DNA from: Flavobacteriales bacterium
Lineage (GTDB): Bacteria > Bacteroidota > Bacteroidia > Flavobacteriales > UBA7312
Direction: 5' to 3'
Length of the DNA: 64,000 bases
Assembly: GCA_965277895.1 (NCBI GenBank)
Contig: CBDIDR010000001.1
Span: 323,272 to 387,271, forward strand
A program made the position numbers and the translations under genes. Below, one piece after another: positions 57,501 through 64,000 of this stretch. Within the stretch, counting starts at the first letter, position 1, and the number at the start of each line of letters is the position of its first letter. The notes under the pieces were generated by a model. The model searched no databases. It was given only the letters and a program-made list of their open reading frames with translations, and had not been told where the DNA came from.

Positions 57501-59735
57501 ACAATAAACCAAACAACTTTTGGTACAGACACACAAGTACATTGCGAAGAATATACTTGGATAGACGGCATTACTTACACAGCAACTAATACGACAGCAA
57601 GCTTTACTTTGACAAGTTCAACAGGCTGTGATAGCATAGTAACCTTAGAACTCACTATTTTAGAAGCTACAGAATCTACAACATCAGAAGTATCTTGTGA
57701 TACCTATACGTGGAACGGCACGACTTATTCGGACAAGTGGAGCATACACCTATACAACTACAAACGCCAATGGCTGCGATAGTACAGCGACCTTGAATTT
57801 AACAATCAACGAAACAACATTTGGCACGGATGTTCAATCAAATTGCGAAGAATATACTTGGATAGATGGTGTAACATATACCGAGAGTAACAACACAGCT
57901 ACCTACATATTAACCAATTCATTAGGTTGTGACAGTATCGTAACTTTAGACCTCACTATTTTAGAGACTACAGAATCTACAACAACGATTGAAAGCTGCG
58001 ACACCTATACGTGGAACGGCACAACTTATACAGCAAGTGGCACATACACTTACCTTACACAAAACGCCAATGGTTGTGATAGCACTGCGACATTAAACCT
58101 AACAATAAACCAAACAACATTTGGTACAGACACACAAGTACATTGCGAAGAATATACTTGGATAGACGGCATTACTTACACAGCAACTAATACGACAGCA
58201 AGCTTTACTTTGACAAGTTCAACAGGCTGTGATAGCATAGTAACCTTAGAACTCACTATTTTAGAAGCTACAGAATCTACAACATCAGAAGTATCTTGTG
58301 ATACCTATACGTGGAACGGCACGACTTATACGGAAAGTGGTACATACACCTATACACGACTACAAACGCCAATGGCTGCGATAGTACAGCGACCTTGAAT
58401 TTAACAATCAACGAAACAACATTTGGTACAGATGTTCAATCAAATTGCGAAGAATATACTTGGATAGATGGGGTAACATATACCGAGAGTAACAACACAG
58501 CTACCTACACATTAACCAATTCATTAGGTTGTGACAGTATCGTAACTTTAGACCTCACTATTTTAGAGACTACAGAATCTACAACAACGATTGAAAGCTG
58601 CGACACCTATACGTGGAACGGCACGACTTATACAGCAAGTGGCACATACACTTACCTTACACAAAACGCCAATGGTTGTGATAGCACTGCGACATTAAAC
58701 CTAACAATAAACCAAACAACTTTTGGCACAGACACACAAGTACATTGCGAAGAATATACTTGGATAGACGGCATTACTTACACAGCAACTAATACGACAG
58801 CAAGCTTTACTTTGACAAGTTCAACAGGCTGTGATAGCATAGTAACCTTAGAACTCACTATTTTAGAAGCTACAGAATCTACAACATCAGAAGTATCTTG
58901 TGATACCTATACGTGGAACGGCACGACTTATACAACAAGTGGTACATACACTTACACGACTACAAACGCCAATGGCTGCGATAGTACAGCGACCTTGAAT
59001 TTAACAATCAACGAAACAACATTTGGTACAGATGTTCAATCAAATTGCGAAGAATATACTTGGATAGATGGGGTAACATATACCGAGAGTAACAACACAG
59101 CTACCTACACATTAACCAATTCATTAGGTTGTGACAGTATCGTAACTTTAGACCTCACTATTTTAGAGACTACAGAATCTACAACAACGATTGAAAGCTG
59201 CGACACCTATACGTGGAACGGCACGACTTATACGGCAAGTGGCACATACACTTACCTTACACAAAACGCCAATGGTTGTGATAGCACTGCGACATTAAAC
59301 CTAACAATAAACCAAACAACTTTTGGTACAGACACACAAGTACATTGCGAAGAATATACTTGGATAGACGGTGTAACATATACCGAGAGTAACAACACAG
59401 CTGCCTACACATTAACCAATTCACTAGCTTGTGACAGTATAGTGACCTTAGACCTTACCATAGATATTTGTGGCTGTACAGATGTTGTGGCCTGTAATTA
59501 TGACCCATCTGCAACGAGCGATGATGGTTCTTGTGAATATGAAGACCCCATAGACTTAGGCTCAGACGTCTTTGTTTGTGAGGGCAGTTATGTTTTAGAC
59601 GCCGGCTCAGATTATGACACTTACCTTTGGTCAACTGGAGATACAACTCAAACTATAACCGTAAATCAGACGGGCGAATATTTTGTTTCTACACCTTGTA
59701 CAAGTGCAGACACTATTTTTGTAACGCTCAACTAC
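54534..59735 (+). repeat. adhesin macro-module copy 2, expanded internally by the 600-bp tandem array
   Basis: Begins CDSLVVNVIQDDLCNSNG and ends FVTLNYCD at 59735. The Cys-repeat segment is amplified from 2 to about 27 units. Confidence 0.8.
55602..59450 (+). repeat. tandem array, 600-bp period, about 6.4 copies, near-identical
   Basis: The phase marker gaaag(c/t)tg(c/t)gacacctata recurs at 55602, 56202, 56801, 57390, 57991, 58593 and 59193. Each period encodes four ~50-aa Cys-bracketed units. Confidence 0.9.
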
Positions 59736-61340
59736 TGTGATTCTTTAGTAGTTAGCGTTATTCAAGACGATTTATGTAACAGTAATGGTATAATAGAAGT
59801 TATTCCGCCATCCTCTTTAACGTCACCATATGCTATAGATATTACCTTTCCAAATGGTTCAATTTTTAACGATATCTTTTCTTCAGAGGTTTATATCCTC
59901 AATGGTTTAGGCGGCGGGTTTTACGAAATAACAGTTTCCTCAAATAACGATACTGCATCGTCAAGTATTGAAATTCTTGAGAATATTCTAATTACTAACT
60001 TCTTTAGCCCTGCTAGTGGCGGATATAATGTCAGCTGTTATAGCGATTGCGACGCCTCTTTGTCGGTCAACATTATTAACCCTAATGAAGCATATACTGT
60101 GGATTGGTATGTCGATTCTGTTTTTGGAGCTCCGTTTTATAGCACTTCTGACTTTAACAGCTCACAAGACAATTTATGTGCAGGCGAATATGCTATATTG
60201 TTTACTTCCTCCACGGGCTGTGAGTCGTTGAGAAATGTTACTTTAAGAGAGCCAGACAGTTTATACACAGAAGGGGTCGTTGGAGAAGAAGTCTGTGGAC
60301 AAGACCCTAATGGCTTTATAGAGATAAATGTCTTTGGCGGTGTTGGTGATGTCATTAATAACTCAACGGGAGAAGTAATATCGTTTGTAGATTATACTTA
60401 CAGTTGGACAGGACCAAATGGCTTTACTTCAACACAAGAAGATATCAGTTCTTTAGAAGCAGGTGATTACACTCTAACAGTAGAAGATAATAACGGTTGT
60501 ACGCATACGAACAGCTTCACAGTTTTAGATGTTGTACAAGGCTTAGAATTAACCGAGATAAATAGTGAAGGGATTACTTGTAATGGCGATTCTAATGGTA
60601 GTTTGGAAGTTGCAGCAATAGGAGGTCAATTCCCATATGAGTACAGAATAGACGGCGGAGCGTGGCAATCATCAGGAGAATTTACTGGACTATCAACAGG
60701 GGCATATACTCTAGAGGTTAGAGACGATAACAACTGTATAGTGCCTTTGGTTGTAGAGATAGAAGATGCTGAAATCCTTAGTTCAGAAACGACAATAGAA
60801 AGCTGCGACACCTATACTTGGAATAGCACAACTTATACGGCAAGTGGCACATACACTTACCTTACACAAAACGCCAATGGTTGTGACAGCACTGCGACAT
60901 TAAACCTAACAATAAACGAAACAACTTTTGGCACAGACACACAAGTACATTGCGAAGAATATACTTGGATAGATGGCATTACTTACACAGCAACTAATAC
61001 GACAGCAACCTTTACTTTGACTAGCTCAACAGCTTGTGACAGTATAGTAACCTTAGACCTCACCATAGATATTTGTGGCTGTACAGATGTTGTGGCTTGT
61101 AATTATGACCCATCTGCAACGAGCGATGATGGTTCTTGTGAATATGAAGACCCCATAGACTTAGGCTCAGACGTCTTTGTTTGTGAGGGCAGTTATGTTT
61201 TAGACGCCGGCTCAGATTATGACACTTACCTTTGGTCAACTGGAGATACAACTCAAACTATAACCGTAAATCAGACGGGCGAATATTTTGTTTCTACACC
61301 TTGTACAAGTGCAGACACTATTTTTGTAACGCTCAACTAC
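59736..61340 (+). repeat. adhesin macro-module copy 3 (1605 bp)
   Basis: tgtgattctttagtagttagcgttattcaagacg at 59736 recurs at 61341. Confidence 0.85.
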
Positions 61341-62680
61341 TGTGATTCTTTAGTAGTTAGCGTTATTCAAGACGATTTATGTAACAGTAATGGTATAATA
61401 GAAGTTATTCCACCATCTTCTTTAACACCGCCATATGCTTTAGATGTTACTTACCCCAATGGCTCAATTCTTAATGATAGCTTCTCTTCAGAGACGTTTA
61501 CTCTTGATGGCTTAAGCGGAGGATTTTATGAAATAACAGTTTCCTCAAACAATGACACCTCATTTGCAAGTATTGAAATATTCCAAAATATACTTGTTAC
61601 TACATTCTTCAGTTCATTTAATGAAAATAGCGGATACGATGTCAGCTGTTATGGCGAATGTGACGCTTCTTTGTCGGTTAACATTATTAACCCTAATGAA
61701 GCATATACTGTGGATTGGTATGTCGATTCTGTTTTTGGGACTCCGTTTTATAGCACTTCTGACTTTAACAGCTCACAAGACAATTTATGTGCAGGCGAAT
61801 ATGCTATATTGTTTACTTCCTCCACGGGCTGTGAGTCGTTGAGAAATGTTACTTTAAGAGAGCCAGACAGTTTATACACAGAAGGGGTCGTTGGAGAAGA
61901 AGTCTGTGGACAAGACCCTAATGGCTTTATAGAGGTAGATGTCTTTGGTGGCGTTGGCGATGTCATTAATAACTCAACGGGAGAAGTAATATCGTTTGTA
62001 GATTATACTTACAGTTGGACAGGACCAAATGGATACACCTCATCAGAAGAAGATATTGATTCTTTAGAGGCGGGGAATTATACTCTAACAGTAGAAGATA
62101 ATAACGGCTGTACGCATACGAACAGCTTCACAGTTTTAGACACAATTCAAGGCTTAGAAATAGTATTAGTGAATAGTGATGGAATCACATGCAATGGCGA
62201 TTCTAATGGCAGTGTGGAAGTAGCAGCAATAGGAGGTCAATTCCCATATGAGTACAGAATAGACGGCGGAGCGTGGCAATCGTCAACTGTATTCACTGGA
62301 TTATCATCAGGGACATATACTTTTGAAGTTATAGACAACAATAATTGTATAGTATTTTTGAATGCAGATGTAGAGGATGCTGAAATCCTTACTTCAGAGG
62401 CCACGGTTGAAAGCTGTATTACATACGAATGGAACGGTACTGTTTATACTTCAAGCGGCACATATATCTATACTACACAAAACGCAAATGGCTGCGATAG
62501 TACGGCAACACTAAATTTAACCATAAGCCAAAGCGTTACAGGAACGGATACTCAAGTTCATTGTGATGATTATACTTGGATAGATGGCATTACCTACACG
62601 GAGAGTAATAATACAGCAATGTTCACTTTAGAAACTACCTTTGGCTGCGACTCAATTATTACACTTGATTTAACAATATT
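61341..62680 (+). repeat. adhesin macro-module copy 4 (lacks the CGCTD linker; runs into diverged Cys-repeats)
   Basis: Colinear with copy 3, with long identical tracts. After LDLTILPN it continues as about 10 diverged Cys-repeats (62680..63420), an Ig-like domain, then the CTD (~63715..63956). Confidence 0.8.
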
Positions 62681-64000
62681 ACCAAATGCATCCTCTGATA
62701 CTGTAATTACATCATGCGATAGTTATGTCTGGAATCAGACAACATTTACACAGAGTGGAAATTACTCTTTCATTACGACAGGTTCTAACGGCTGTGATAG
62801 TATTGCCAATTTAGAACTGACCATTAACCAAAGCAATAGCATAGTAGACGTACAAGAACATTGTTATGAATATACTTGGATTGATGGCATTACTTACACG
62901 GAAAGCAATAATACTGCGACCTACACTTACACAAATGTGTCTGGCTGCGATTCTACTATTACACTAGATTTAACCATTCACCAAAGCACGAGCTCAACTG
63001 ATGATATTGTAAGTTGTAACAGTTACTTCTGGAATGGTATTACTTATACAGAAAGCGGAACATATTCTTTAAATACTACCAATGTAAATGGTTGTGATTC
63101 CACTGCCATATTGAATTTAGAAATTATTGAAGCCCTATCCTCATCAGTTACAACGGTTTCAGCTTGTAATCAATATACTTGGAATGGGACAACTTATTTT
63201 GAAAGCGGTATGCATATGCTTGTAATACCTGGCATAACGGGTTGCGATAGTATTTCCACTCTATTATTAACGATAAACACACCAACATCGTCGGAAGAAA
63301 ACGTGGTGGCGTGTGATAGTTACGAATGGAATGGACAACTTTACACTGAAAGTGGCGTTTATGAATTTGCGACAGTAGATCAAAATGGCTGCGATTCTTT
63401 GGCTGTGTTGAATCTGGACATATGTGACCTTGATGAATTATCAATTAACGGACCAGATGATGTTCAAGTTGAAAGTATTACAAGCTATTCAGTACAATCA
63501 AACCCATCTTCAACATATCAGTGGTCTGTTTCAAGTTTGGGCACCATCGTTTCTGGTCAAGGCACAAATACAATAAGTGTTGAATGGTCTAATATAGAAG
63601 GCCTTACCAGTATATGTGTTACGGAAACTAATAACTGTTCAAATATTACTTGTATCGGCGATACCTTATGCTTAGACGTAGAAGTCGTTAAGCCCTCAAG
63701 TGTTAATGAGTATGATACAAACTTTATTAATGTTTATCCGAACCCTCTAACCAATCAATCCAAGATAGAGTTTTATAACCCTAATTCAGAAGAGGTTAAT
63801 GTTAGCATAATAGACTCAAGAGGTAGAGTAGTTAGAACCTATGCTAAAATTAAATCTGACAACCTAATCATTAAAAAAGAGGAGTTGTCAAACGGATTAT
63901 ATTACATTGAGCTGAAGGGCAGTTCAACCCTATCAAGAACAACGATTCTAATAAATTAAAAAGGAAGATTAAATTTATTACTCCAAAAGAAGTAATTCAC

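Larger units (their letters stand above)
52746..63959 (+). pseudogene. giant (~3,737-codon) repeat adhesin with T9SS type A CTD; reading frame interrupted in 56.74-58.36 kb as represented (likely one intact gene in vivo)
   Basis: Signal peptide at 52746. ORFs 52746..56753, 57192..57782, 57697..58398 and 58311..63959 all encode the same repeat protein in shifting frames. The C-terminus NVYPNPLTNQSKIEFY...GLYYIELKG...TILIN is a type A CTD. Confidence 0.85.

Noticed and set aside
57192-58398. ORFs 57192..57782 (196 aa) and 57697..58398 (233 aa) as independent genes
   Set aside because: They encode the same Cys-repeat units as the flanking giant ORFs, only in shifted frames. Their M starts are internal (MNLTINE…, or out-of-frame read-through). 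They are fragments of the single adhesin gene.
55602-59450. Regular 600-bp repeats as a CRISPR-like or satellite array
   Set aside because: There are no unique spacers. The repeats are contiguous, protein-coding in one frame, and far longer than CRISPR repeats. No cas genes are present.

Overview
AT-rich chromosomal segment with clear Bacteroidota (Flavobacteriia-like) hallmarks: TAnnTTTG -7 promoter boxes, an atpBEFHAG operon lacking atpDC, T9SS components and cargo, and dut/TPR/DUF4292/M23 synteny. Positions 1-45.8 kb are mostly core genes: rseP-dxr, GH3-family protein, M23 peptidases, a SprE/PorW-like lipoprotein, bactofilin plus the ATP synthase operon, crotonase, flippase, dut, an unlisted tatA, gatA, LysM transglycosylase, a TonB receptor, recO, a PorZ-like propeller protein, mnmG, ybeY, gltX, folB, a porin and mce. 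There are three tRNAs: Arg-TCG, Cys-GCA and a CAT-anticodon tRNA. One SprB-repeat adhesin sits next to its PorP/SprF partner (38.0-42.5 kb). From about 45.9 kb the content becomes accessory and cell-surface oriented. It holds a decayed type-B-CTD adhesin remnant beside a tRNA, a DUF1800/DUF1501 pair in which DUF1501 carries both a Tat signal and a T9SS C-terminal domain, and two hydrolases sharing a short C-terminal tail. It ends with an 11.2 kb (~3,700 codon) T9SS adhesin gene (52746..63959). That gene has nested repeats: four ~1.6 kb macro-modules, one expanded by about 6.4 near-identical 600-bp tandem copies. The giant gene is frame-broken in 56.74-58.36 kb by lesions that look like chimeric consensus, so repeat collapse is more likely than true decay. 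No CRISPR array, IS element, integrase or recognisable defence system was seen. The most unusual content is the surface-protein region. All family assignments come from reading motifs by eye; no searches were run.
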